A DNA stretch of 64,000 nt, from contig OZ176054.1 of the NCBI GenBank assembly GCA_964247055.1, positions 3,968,001 through 4,032,000 on the forward strand, read 5' to 3'. Position 1 is the first letter of the stretch. Each line of letters opens with the position of its first letter. Source of the DNA: Paragordius varius (taxonomy: Eukaryota; Animalia; Nematomorpha). The notes under the pieces were generated by a model, which saw only the letters and a list, made by a program, of their open reading frames with translations, was not told the DNA's origin and did not search any database. The position numbers and the translations under genes were made by a program. This document shows, one piece after another, positions 27,916 through 42,429 of this stretch.

Positions 27916-29986
27916 AAATTAATAAAAGTAATTTAGTTTTCATATTTAACAAAAAGTTATGGCTATAGGGTATGATAAAACTCTAATCTGAAATTTATAA
28001 TGTACAAAAAAAACTCCAAACATTAAATTTAAAGGAACAAAAAAAAACAAAGAAAAAAAGAACAATTTCAGACATTTAGCTTAAAGCGTGGTACAGGTAT
28101 TGTACTTAAAACTAGTATTATATAAGCATTATAAATATGGCATATTTGTAAAAATACTAGCACACCTTACAAAACTCATTTTGATGATTGTGTCTACATA
28201 TTATTATTATTATACTAAGTATTTTTTATATTGTTGTATTTTATGGGAAAAAGGCATTAAAAAATCTATAAACATACATTTGTAATCTTTGACCTTGTAG
28301 GCATATTTTAATATTCTAAATTTAAAAATAAAATGTGTTACAAAAATATAGGTATTATATAAAAATATGATCGATAACAATGTTACCTTATTAGTATATA
28401 CATATATAGCAATAGTATTTTATCACGAGATAAAAGAAATCAAAGGAAATAAAAAACAAAACAAATATGATAAAGGAGGGCATCCGGCAAAATTGAAAAT
28501 TAATTGAAAAACAAAATTTTTTTAATTATGATTTTTTTTCAATTAAAATAAAAATTAATTATTTCGATTGATAATAGGAGAATGAGTCATGATGTGTAAT
28601 TAATTTGTATTAAACTAATTATGTCGTCGATGCTCAGGGGAAACATTAAACTAAATATGTAAACCAAAATTGGTTGAAACAATTATGTATATTGGATGTT
28701 GTGTCTCTCGTTAAAGCAATTTATACGAAAACCTCTGACATTCTAATAGGTAAATACAACTTACCAAAAGTTTTTGACAATTGCAAAGAAATAAAAAATA
28801 ATATGCCTATAACCTGTTAAAATTTATTTTTAATAATAAATGAATTTTACGTTCAATAAGTGTATCTTAAATAACCCAAAAAATTAAAAACAAACATCTA
28901 AATATATAAAATTTCACAGCCATAGTCTAGCTAGCCTATGAAAACAATCTATTACCACGATATAGAAACAAAAATTAAACATTTGAAAAATATCAGAAAA
29001 TTAATCACAAAAAGCGGTTTAGGTTCCACAAAAACGTTCTCGGTTCCAACCCTTGATTATAATAATAATTAGTGATTTTATCGAAAATTGAGTAAAAAAT
29101 AATTAATTTAATATATATAGAGCAAACCTTGATCAGAAAAATCATCGACCAATATAATTTCCTCCAATAAATGGGAAGGTGTTCTATCAATAATAGAATG
29201 AACTCCGCGCAACAACACTGACCAGGCTTCGTTGTGAAAACACATGACAATACTGGTTGTGGGTAGATCGTCATCATATTTTTTGGCTAAACACCTAATA
29301 AAAAATGCATAAAGAGTTCGTTAAAATAGTAAATTTATTCATAGCCAAAAAAACTAAAAAGCCATATTTTACTCAGCATCTCTAACTTCCGGCAGAGAAC
29401 GATGCAAAGATATTTGGTCACTCACGTATTGATTAAAAGCATTCCGTTGCCAACCTTCGTCCATAAGTTTTTGCTGTTCGGGGTTTAAGTTTTTGAAAAC
29501 GACAGCTTCACCGTTTTCACCTTTATGATAAAATTATATTTAGAAAATTGCAAAAAGTTTTTAAATTAGTCATTATTATTTACCATATCCTTTGGGATTA
29601 ACTTTGTCCTCCTGTTTAGGTGGCGGTAGAACGCCTAAACCTGCATCACCAGGGTAACCTGCCCACTTACCAAATGCATCCTGAACATTGTCGAAAAATT
29701 TGCGAGGTAAATTGACAATGTTTTGACCAATTTTATTGAGGTCTAAAGGGAGAGGAGTTACACGTTTAAAAGAATCGAACCCATGGTCTATCGTTTTGTT
29801 ATCATGTTTATCGTTATAAGCCAAAATAAACCAGAGAAGCAACACCCACACAATTGCAATATATGCGAGGCATCGACAAGAAAAAAGAGAATTCGTTAAT
29901 CGTCGCCGATTGTGACGCTTTGATAAATTGTGCATATAAATGTTAAATTTTTGCGGTAAGTTGTGGCATAATATAGAAGAGACCAT
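21091..29986 (-). CDS. GALNT: Polypeptide N-acetylgalactosaminyltransferase (GT27 plus ricin-B lectin), 11 exons, about 654 aa
   Basis: Exons 29584-29986, 29373-29520, 29128-29294, 25963-26127, 25172-25385, 24987-25104, 23714-23899, 23342-23470, 22665-22775, 21581-21709, 21091-21285 (1965 nt). N-terminal [27 protein letters not shown] (DxH), [36 protein letters not shown]. Paralog not assignable; alternative ATG at 29935. Confidence 0.95.
22380..22542. mobile_element. Tc1/mariner-type MITE in a GALNT intron
   Basis: TIR cagtatgaatttta / taaaatgcatactg with TA flanks. Confidence 0.6.
24222..24562. mobile_element. MITE-like inverted repeat in a GALNT intron
   Basis: caaattcacccttgaacaatt mirrored by aattgttcaagggtgaatttg; outer ataccatt / aatggtat. 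Confidence 0.5.
26280..26491. mobile_element. hAT-type MITE in GALNT intron 3
   Basis: cagaggtggccaaca / tgttggtcacccccg; interior resembles the 52-322 copy. Confidence 0.6.
27476..27636. mobile_element. Tc1/mariner-type MITE (161 bp) in GALNT intron 3
   Basis: 29-bp perfect TIR cagtagcgtatggcataaaacaatattag, TA on both flanks. Confidence 0.85.
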
Positions 29987-30094
29987 AAATGTGCTTTCAC
30001 TTCACTTTATAAAAATGTTTGGATAATACGCATGGAATGTTTACTTTGACGAATCAAGCCTGGCGTCAGTTGATTATATGAGTGTTCCGATTGC
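29987..30094. promoter_or_regulatory. Putative bidirectional promoter GALNT - GRB2 (108 bp between ATGs)
   Basis: Divergent ATGs at 29986 (-) and 30095 (+). Confidence 0.55.
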
Positions 30095-32041
<1,947 letters not shown>

Positions 32042-32942
32042 ATATATTTATCATGAAATTTAAATAAATTATTTATTTTTATCTACATAAATTAGTTTGT
32101 TTCAGAGTTGCCCACCCGTTTTTCCGCGGACTACCTCTATAAAAAATCTTTTTTGCGGGTGTATATGTAAGTTATTACTTAAATACAATATATTATCCTT
32201 TGCAGATTGGGGTGTCTAGCTCAGGCCCTTATTAAATAAAATATTGAGAAGATTAAATATTCTTGAAGCGCTATTGTTTAAAACACAGTGTGCAACAAAT
32301 TCCCTCAAGATATCACACCTGTAGCTTAATATGACCGTTTACATCTACATATTAAAAATACAAGTATAAAAAATTGATAATATTGAAAAAAATTTACACT
32401 TTTTCCATATATGGTTATATTCAGAAAAAAATTATTTTTATAATACGTGATCAAAAATCATAAAACTGATCTATGATATAAATATTATTGATTAAATTTT
32501 TGCAAATTTTGGCACAATACAAAAAGATAATTAAAAAAACCAATTTAGTTTTTGACTAAATATATTATATTAGCAACCTAAATAATACTCATTTAAAATT
32601 AAATTATGTGCCAATTAAGTTTAACTTTATTTGTTAATATATGTTTTACGGGTTAACAAATATTTATTTAGATATATATGTTTAAAATTTTTTATGTAAC
32701 TATATTTAAATTCAATTTTTTTGTATTAATTTTTATAAGAGCTCTATTGATTAATAATTTAGTCATATGAAGAAAGGTAATTTTGTCGACTTGGATATTG
32801 AAATCCTTTGCATATATTTGTTAGTGAAAAATGATATGACGTCCCCCTGCCCTGAGGCGTGTAAAAGCGTAGGAAGACGGTAAGGGTCGTCCTGTGTGGA
32901 CAGTGATGGCCCTTTGCTGGATATATTAGATAACAACAGTAA

Positions 32943-34436
32943 TCTATGTATTTATAAAAATAAAAAGTGGTGGCTTTGTGATCTGTTTCCGGAAAACCGG
33001 TAGACTTATTCAAATCTAAGTGTCGAAAAAATATAATCAATGCCCTGACAATAGCTTCACCCTTTTTTTGAATTAGGTCCCCAGTTCGGGCATTCCGTGT
33101 AAAAAACGGGTTTTTTTGAAAACACAAGTCCACAAAAATCGTGTCTTTGAGCCAATTTTCCGGAAAACGTGTTGGACCATTCGATTTCAAATATGATTTT
33201 TTTTACTTATTTTCGATTGCGCCGACATAGTCGTCTCGTTTGGGCCCTCTTTTTATCCGCTTCCCCCGTAAAATGCCATTTTTTTAAAAAACAAAGTCCA
33301 CAAAAATAATTTTTTGAATCTATTTTTCTCCCAAAGTATGAGACCGTAAAAATTCATTAAGGATTCCAGGTATTCCTTGTTAAAAGGCAAAACTTTAGTC
33401 GTGCGTTTCTTTTATTTTGGATTCGGGGTAAGGAGCTACCCGCTAAAAATTGATCCGCCATATCGAAATAGTGGCGGCTAAATTTCAGAACTATCAGGCC
33501 ATATGAGTTCAATCCGTGGTTAAAATATTACTCGTAAAAAGTCAAAAATTTAAGTCAAGCGGATTTTTGGCCCTTTACGCCCTGAAAATTGCGCCTCCAT
33601 AGAATAATTTTTTAATTTTGAGGCAATTTTTCCGAAAACTAATGAGAGCATATGGAATCAATCATGATTCCAGGTATTCTCCGTAAAAAGGCAAAAATTT
33701 TAAACAAGCGCTTTCTTGTATCAGCCTCTGGGTAGGGAGCTACCCGCCTACAACTGCGACACCATATCAAAATTGTGTTGTTTAGGAGTTAATTTTCAGA
33801 AAACATATCAGGCCATATAAGTTTTATAAGGGCCTGAAATATTACCCGTAAAAAGGCAAAAATTTAAGTCGATTTTTTAAATTAGCGGTTAAATAGGCTC
33901 TGGGTAGGGGGCTATCCGCGTATAAATGCGTCACTATATCGATACAGCATGCCTTTGGAGCCAAATTTCAGAAAACTCATGAAACTACGTGAGTTCAATA
34001 AGGCCCTAAAATATTTATTAACCCTTAAAAAACAATATTTTAGTTTAGGGGGTTATTTCAATGAGTCGCTAAGAAAAGTTTTACGCCCTGAAAAATTCGC
34101 CGCCATAAAACAATCTTTTGGTTTTGAAGCAATATTTCCAAGAACATATGGACATTTAATTTCAGATATTCTCCATATAAAGATAAAAATTTTGCCCGAC
34201 GCTTTTTTCATGCCTTTGGATAAGAAGCTACCCAACAAAAACTGTGACACTATGTAGAAATTGCGTTGTTTTGGAACTAATTTAAAAGTTATGCCATATA
34301 AGCTCATTTAAAGTTCGAATAATACCCGTAACTAAGTAAAAATTAACGTCAGTCCTTTTTTATTAACCGTTAATTTAGGGCCTTTATGCCCTATAAATAC
34401 GCCATCATATAACGATTTTTAGTGTTGAGGTTAAGG
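32943..34436 (+). mobile_element. Non-autonomous Helitron, 3'-truncated, with about 3 internal repeats of about 300 bp
   Basis: 5' TCTATGTATTTATAAAAAT; first 400 bp match 8182-8580; repeated ggattccaggtatt..ggagctacccgc..aatttcagaa modules; no 3' hairpin or CTAG. Confidence 0.75.
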
Positions 34437-34693
34437 GTCCTGTGTGGACAGTGATTGCCCTTTGCTGGATATATTAGATAACAACAGTAATATATTTATA
34501 ATATTTTTTGGTAAGACTAGAAACTGCAACTCAAAAAATATTTGTGTTTAACATGGTATAATAATTAAGGAAAAGAAGGATGTGAAAGACATTTGAAACG
34601 TTACAATACATGGGTAAAATGAAGAAATCACTCCCAATGAATATAGGCAATATTAATTATATTTTGTATAGCAATGATTTTTTTATAAATATA

Positions 34694-36008
34694 CTAGCTG
34701 GCCCTGTCAGGCTTCGCTGTGACGTAGTCTCATCAATTATTATTAATAATTTGCAATAAATAGAGTAATGGAGATAAATATATAATAAAAAACATATTAA
34801 ATTAAAAAAAATATTGTTTACTCTAAACACTAAATAATCGTTATATGATGGCGTATTTTTAAGGGCATAAGCTCCAAATTAACGGCTGATTAAAAACGCC
34901 TGACCTTTTTCATCTAGTTACGACTAATATTTCAAGCTTTTCATAAACTCATATGGCTTCATAATGTTCTGTAAATTAGCTCCAAAACATGCGATTTCTA
35001 TATAGCGGGGCAGTTTTCCGGGTAGCCCCTTACCCAGGGGCAGGTATAAAAAAGCGTTGAGCATAATTTTGCCTTTATATGGGGAATATCTGGATTCATG
35101 GATTCCATATGTTCCTATAAGTCTCATAGGTTTTCTGAAATTTGGCTCAAAGGCAGGCTGTATCGATATGGTAACGCAGTTTTTCGCGGGTAACCCCCTA
35201 ATCAGGGGCGAAACAAAATAATGTTCGATTAAAATTTTTGCCTTAATTCGGGAAATACCTGGAATCATGATTGATTCCATATGCTCTAATTAGTTTTTGG
35301 AAAAATTGCCTCAAAACTAAAAAATCATTATGGTGGCGCATTTTTCCGGGCCTAAAGGGCCTACAGCTGATTTTAAAAAACCACACGATCCGAATTTTCG
35401 CTATGTTGCGGGTAATATTTTAAGCCCCTATTGAACTCATATGGAGTATTCTGAAATTTAGCCCCAAAGGCACGCTTTTTCGATATTATGGGGCAGTTTT
35501 TAGCGGGTAGCTCCTTGCAACCAATATAAAACGCACAACTAAAATTTTTGCCTTTCAACAGGGAAAACCTGGAATCCTCATTGAATCACTACGGTCTCAT
35601 ACTTTGGCCGAAAAATAGATTCAAAACATTATTTTTGTGAAATTTTTTTTTTGAAAAATGGCATTTTACGAGGCGAGCGGGTAAAAAGAGGGCCTAAATT
35701 AAAAAAAGCGAGCCGACTATGTTTGGTAAATCGAAAAAAAGTAAAAAAATCATATTTGAAATTGAATGGTCCAACACATATTCCGGAAAATTGTCTCTAA
35801 GACATGATTTTTGTGGACTTCGTTTGCAAAAAAACCCGTTTTTTACAGGAGGTGGGCCCTAACTGGCGCCTAATTCAAAAAAGGGCGAAGCTATTGTCGG
35901 GGCATTCATTAATGATTATATTTTTTCGACATTTGGATTTGAATGGGTCTACCGGTTTTCCGGAAACAATCACAAAGCCAGCATTTTCCATATATTTAAA
36001 TATATAGA
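34694..36008 (-). mobile_element. Complete non-autonomous Helitron (1315 bp)
   Basis: Minus strand: A|TCTATATATTTAAATATATGG at 36008, 3' gtcacagcgaagcctgac hairpin then CTAG|T at 34694; same 5' module and internal repeats as the 32943 copy. Confidence 0.75.
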
Positions 36009-36529
36009 TTATACAGACAAATAAATAGCTTAAGTTGTATAAGCACTAGATATTATAGAAAAACTTTTTTGGTTTGTTTAAATTGATTAAGGGAATTACA
36101 GGTTAGTGCCTATATTTTTTGAAAAAATGCATTCTTTTACGATATGATATATTGATAAAAAACATAATTTTATTTAAAAGCCTTAAACCGCTGATGCGCA
36201 TTTTATGGACGCAAAAACCCAGCACTCCATAAAAACAATGTAAGTCAATCAGAATCAACACTATAAAAAGATTTTACTGCCATGGATATTAAAATCCACT
36301 AAAAAATTTTAAATATAAGCAAATCAATATATTCAGTATAATTATAATGTTGTAAGCTGATGTTATCTGACACAACCATACAGTTTTAACAATTAATAAT
36401 GTGTTTGTGGGATCCTATTTAATTATGTAAAGAATATTAAAAACTATAAATTTTGTAGATGGTTTAATAAATATTATAAAAAGTTTATTTTAAAAAAATG
36501 GTTTAGCAAGAAAATACCTAATTCGCCTT

Positions 36530-37330
36530 CATTGTAATACAAATTTTGAATGCTAATTCGATTGCAGTCCTCAACGAAAACATCCCTTCTGACTCCATAA
36601 CATGTTTGGCCGCCATCGTTTGAGGGGCTAACAAAACCTTTGTTAACATCGCGACATGTGTCCTGACTTTCAATGACTAATTAATATGCCAAAGAATAAA
36701 TATTTTATTCCTCTCTTATAGTCAAATATTTTAGCGTTAAAGACATTACCTGGCAGATAAAAATGTTGAATTGCAGCCCGGTAGTTTATTTTAATGTTAA
36801 ACCCCATATCTGCTGGATTAATGTATATAAACTTTAATTTTTATATCACTCTTTGGACATGAGTTATGATTAATGTTGTGGTTGATCTCTATGTGTATGA
36901 CACGAGCTTTATTTACCGTTGCAAACAGCAAGACCCGACTCCGACGGGATTACCTGATCATGTAGGATAATGACGTCCCGGGAAGCAATGTCGAAACCGC
37001 TGATTGAGCAGGGCTGGTTACCAATCTTTGGCATCTCCTTCTGAAGTTAAGAGTTGGTTCAAAGGAAGAATCGTTGGTTATTTAACGCGGGTTAATTCTA
37101 GTCGGAGGTAGAGCTGAAACATGGTCGCACGAAGGAGTCGTCAACACTGATGTCCAATATCTCCTGGTCTACCTTAAAGGCCATACTCATTCAGAAGCAA
37201 ATGATGTCCCCTTTTGTACCAAAGATAAAGACCTAAAAGAAAGTCTATATTTGACTCGACATAGACCTTTGTTACTTTGAGGAGTATGGACCTAATTCTG
37301 CTCGTACGGTTATTTAATATCAAATATTGC
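36530..37330 (-). mobile_element. Possible heavily decayed retroelement RT fragment (perhaps Penelope-like)
   Basis: GC-elevated block; minus frame gives ISVDDSFV (YxDD-like) with many stops. Weak. Confidence 0.25.
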
Positions 37331-38623
37331 TTTTACACACCTAACACGGTGAAATGAACATTTTCTTTAAAATATATATAGCTTATAAAACATACTAACT
37401 TACATTAACACACCTATAAAGGCATTTATTTATGTATATAGATACTAACATCAAACCTAAGTTCAGATGTTTCCCGCTGTGAAGCTCTATGCGTTACGGG
37501 TGGGTAGGGACCTTGACGGCAGGTGGACGACGATCTTTCGACGCTAGCTTTACTTGTTTTCGCAAAAAATTCATCGGGAACCTTTTCATCGCATTTTTTA
37601 TATGAATTTTTAACAACTAATACTACAAGGTAATTAATGAATAATGTGGTTAGAAACATTAAATTACATAGAGCTTTTTGATAATTATTGATCTAAAAAT
37701 AATCTGTTTGTAGTTCCATCATGTTTAGAAGCTCCTATTACACTGCGTACAAAATTGCGGCGTGGGTTATAATATCCTGATGAAATATGAACACCGTGTC
37801 CATAAAAATAACCAATATATTTGATAGGATGTATCATGATTATCATGGTGCTTTTGGTTTTCGTCCTTACATGATTTAATATTTACAGGTTTGATGTAAG
37901 TGCTTCATATGAGAAAAATGAAAAATTTTGCGCACATTTCTTTAAATATATTTTTTTTGAAAGCGAAATGCTTCATTCCAAATATATATATAATTATATA
38001 TTAACTACATGTAAAAAGCAAAACAATATATTTGAATTTTGGTTTTAAGATTTGGGTTATAAAAGTCGCAATTTTTTTTCGCCCTTATAAAATGAGTTTT
38101 CTTTAAATAAAAACAAAAATGCCAATATTGCCCTATAATAAGGTTAAATATAAGCTAAATTATGATATCAATCAAAAATATTTTCAAAAAGGCATATTTT
38201 TTCTAAAATATATTTTTTAGCAAATTTTGTTGAAACCTATTCATACTATTTTGAGGGATGATGCAAAAACGGTATAAAACCGCTTTATTATAAAAACAGT
38301 TTTTCCTTCATCATTATATTAAATGTAAATTGCTTTTTTACGAATATTATGAGCAGGCTAATCAAATTAAATTCTGAAGCGATAGAAATGATTAGCTTCA
38401 TTGAGTAATATAATTTTTACATCACGGAAAAAAAAGGAAATTTCGCTTAAAAGTTTAATTTAAACTATTTAAATTTATTGAAAATTAAAGTTAAATAATT
38501 AAATTTAGTTTAGATGTTCTTTTAACTAACTTTGAGTTTGATTGTTAACTTATTGTTTAGCCTTATTATTATACAACAATCATTAATAAACAATATTCTA
38601 AAAATTTACAAATTATTATAGAG

Positions 38624-39607
38624 ATGTTTATTGATTCTCACACATTGTGTAAGAACAAAAACGATTTAATTTCAAATCCACTCAATGCAAAATACTACTT
38701 TTCACCAATTCATAATATAAAAGGATTCCAGTTGAAGGATTCTACAAATATCTTTCCAAATCAAGGAATAAAAGAAGCCAAACTCAGGGCTGATAGTCAT
38801 TTGCATCCATTGAAGATAAACCCAGTGATTGCTAAAACACTAAGGCTGAGTGATTTTACGAATATCATTGCAAATCAAATAATAAAAGAGTACAAGGCAG
38901 ATTTGCATTTTATTAGACATAAACCCAGTGATCGGTAAAACACTAAGGCTGAGGAATTGGCAAACCTCATTATAAATCAAATTATAAAAGATGTCAACAA
39001 AGCTGAATGTCATTTGCATCTATCGAAGATAAACCCAGTGATTGCTAAAACATTAAGGTTGAGTGATTTTACAAATATCCTTACAAATCAAATAATAAAA
39101 GAGGTATACAAGTCTGATAGTCATTTGCCATCGGAGATAAACCCAGTGATTGCGAAAATAGTAAGGTTGAAAGATTTTACAAACATCATTGCAGATCAAA
39201 TAATAAAAGATGTCAAACTCAAAGCTCATATTCATCTGCATCCGTCGGATCTAAACCCAGTGATTGCTAAAACATTAAGGCTGAGTGATTTTACAAATAT
39301 GATTGCAAGTCAAATCATAAAAGTGGTCAATAAGGGTGATGGTAGTCACCCATCGGATCTAAACCTAGTGATTGCTCAAACATTAAGGCTGAAGGATTTT
39401 ACAAATAGCATTGCAAATGAAATAATAAAAGAGGTCAACAAGGCTGATAGTCATTTACATCCTACGGAGATAAACCCAGTGCTTGTTAAAATATTAAGGC
39501 TGAGGGAATTTACAAATATTATTGCAAAACAAATAATAAAAGAGGTCAACAAGGCTGATAGCCATTTGCATCAATCGACCATAAAATTAGGATTGAGGAA
39601 TAGCTAA
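38624..39607 (+). CDS. Orphan tandem-repeat protein, about 8 units of 36-38 aa (NPVIAKTLRLSDFTNIIANQIIKEVNKADSHLHPSEI); candidate AKAP-like; one in-frame TAA
   Basis: ORFs 38624-38938 and 38957-39607 share a frame; unit starts at 39031, 39139, 39253, 39361, 39472 give spacings 108, 114, 108, 111 (all 3n); hydrophobic positions conserved, surface positions variable. Confidence 0.6.
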
Positions 39608-39737
39608 TCAAAAGTGTAATGATATTGTATAATAGTTCCAAAGCCAAATCAGAACATCCTACGGTTTATCTGATTCAATAGATATCTTCTCAGGGCTTCA
39701 CCAAGGATCTATAGTCTTCTTCTTTTTATGATAATAA

Positions 39738-40215
39738 CTAGCGTAAATCTCGTGCTGCTACGCAGCCGGAGGAAGTCCTTCAAACTTCTGGGGGGGAAGC
39801 ATTTTTGATTTTATAAGCAATTTTATTATGCGGCACGAAGTTTTAAAATAATTCGCATAGTCTCATAAGTTTTCTAAAATTTTGCTCCAAAGGGAAGCTG
39901 TATCGATAATAAAGCGCAGTTGTAGGCGGGTAGCCCCCAAAGAGGCCAATATAAAAATGTACTTAGATAAAAAATTTTGCCTTTATACCTGGAATCATCG
40001 TTCATTCCTATTAGTATATGGAAGAATGGCTTCAAAAGATAGTTCAATGATAGCGCATTTTTAGGGAGTAAAGGGCCTATTTAACGGCTAATTCAAAAAA
40101 TCCGGACTAAAATTTTTGACTTTTTACGGGTAATACTTTAAGCAGCTATTAAACTCAAATGGCCTGATAGGTTTCCTGAAATTTAGTCCCAAAAGCACGC
40201 TATTTCGATATGACG
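39738..40215 (-). mobile_element. Helitron 3' fragment (same family as 8182-8769)
   Basis: Reverse complement of ggacttcc..gctgcgtagcagcacgagatttacgCTAGT at 39738-39790 plus one internal module. Confidence 0.75.
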
Positions 40216-41988
40216 GTTTGAAAAAATTATTATATAATTTCCATCATGCATCAAAATAGCATGAGGCGCGAAACAAAATTTTTCCTAATAAAGGATGCAT
40301 TTCTTTTATGTATAAATATGACATAATCGACAAATTAAAAAATTTTCGCTAAATAGCTGAATTTTTGCTTTTATTTTAAGAATATAAGCCCATTTTAAAG
40401 GGGGCCCAAAATACATCTCAAAAATAAATTTTAAAAATATTGTTTTGCTTATATATAATTTTTATTGATGATATTTAGCAACGAATCGCTTAATTAGTTT
40501 TGATGAATTATGTTTATTGAATATTAATGGTAAAAAAACTTGAATTAATATTAATCAGTTTAAACAGAAATCAGTAAAAAACTTGAATTATATTGTCATC
40601 TAATGTTTAAATCTTATATATAATTAAATAAATTAGCATTTAAAAAACATGGTTTGGTTTACCTATTTAATTCGGCTCTCTATAATCGGTTAATTAACTT
40701 TATGCTCTTTTCTATAATACTAAAATCAAGCCACAACACCTTTATAGATGAGGTTTTTTTGAGAGCCAGTTTTTAAATTCGGTCAATCTGACACCTAAAA
40801 GTAATAATTACTAATGGATTTTGGAGTTTTTTTTATAGAATTACTTATATCATATTTAAACCCCAACCAGGATGCCAAAATTTTATTTTTCATTCTCACC
40901 TAGACTTTTCGACACCCTAAAGTTGACCCTCATTTTTGGTCATGCACGCAGAATGCGAAATGGGAATTAGTGTTGGGACCATTTTATGATTGCACCGTGC
41001 ACAAAAAAACATGTGAATTGGGCCTTGTATATAAAAAATACTTACACTTTTGTGGAAATTGCTTTAATAGAAAACTAAATTTCCGCATGAAATTAAATAA
41101 ATTTTTTACAACCAAGTAAATGCAACTAATTGGTATTTACTTGGTTTCGATTGAATAAAATATTTTTGCATTTATTATCTAGCGTTTACTATAACAAGTA
41201 TTAGATGTCGATTGAATGAAAGAGTATTGTTTTTAAAACTATCTAGTATTTACTATGTGAAAAATATTTAGAATGAGTTGAATAAAAAAATTCTCAAAGC
41301 TATCTAATAATTACTGGATTTTTTAAGGTTGCTCTGTACCAGACTAGCTGGTGGCTAATTTAGATTTTTACCAATGTATTTTTTTATAATAGTATTAAGC
41401 ACATAAAATTAAACCTAAAAGGTCGTATTTGAAGAATTTATTTTTTTGTGAATCTTCATAAAACCAGTCCCCTTCCCATAAATTGCTTTAACCGCTCTTA
41501 TAAAAGTTTAAAACCAGAGAACGATGTTGTGTTTAGTATTTTGGGAGTAAAACATATTTTTTATATCTTGGCATACGAACCCTTTAATCGCATAAATTGG
41601 GGAACTTATCAATTTTTGCTAAAAATTACATTATATAATTTATTTTGAATTTACACACGCATATTAATATTTATAAACTCAAAATTGCTAATCAGTGAGG
41701 TTTTTCCTTTCATAGTTATTAAAAGTATGTAACGGATGATAGATTTCACTAATTTTCTCCTAATTTTCGAAATCCGAGATCAAATTATTTCCACACATTG
41801 GGTCTTTAATGCGATCATAATGTATTATTGAATTATATAGCTCATTATTTGATAAAATATATGTTAACATTCAAAGCAATATATTTTAAAATATCATATC
41901 CCTATTACCGATATATTTATCAGTTTTCAATTGCTGATTATGGGTTTAATAGTATTATCATATTACAATCGCCTAGCAGTTTCAATAT

Positions 41989-42215
41989 TTAACACTTCGA
42001 TTCAAATTGGGGTATCTAAATACCCAGACAATATTTAAGTTGATATTTATAAAAAACTGAAAGAAACGGTCCCTTTAAATTTAGGCTTCTATCCTAATAA
42101 TTATATATATACGCCAAAATTGCTAATAAAATTTAATATTGTAAAAAAAGTTTCACATCAAACTAGTTCGGCGCCATTTTTATTTTGCAACATCTTTGAA
42201 AATATCGTATTTATT
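41989..42215 (-). mobile_element. Inverted copy of the 240-bp TTAA-ended unit arrayed at 44660-45380
   Basis: ttaacacttcgattcaaattggg mirrors cccaatttgaatcgaagtgttaa (45358-45380); ggcgccattttatttt mirrors aaaataaaaatggcgtc. Confidence 0.7.
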
Positions 42216-42429
42216 TAATTTTAAAGCGAAGATTAAAGCTAATATATTATTTAAATCTCATCTAAATTGATAGAAACATAAAATGTGGTTTAATCTGTAT
42301 TTTTTATAAATTTAGCCAATGCACACATGTCATGGTGACTAAATTTTTTTGCGGTTTTACTTTAAAATATGTAATATCAAGTATTTTTGATGGAACTTTT
42401 TTATATATATCAAGTATTTTTGATAAAAC

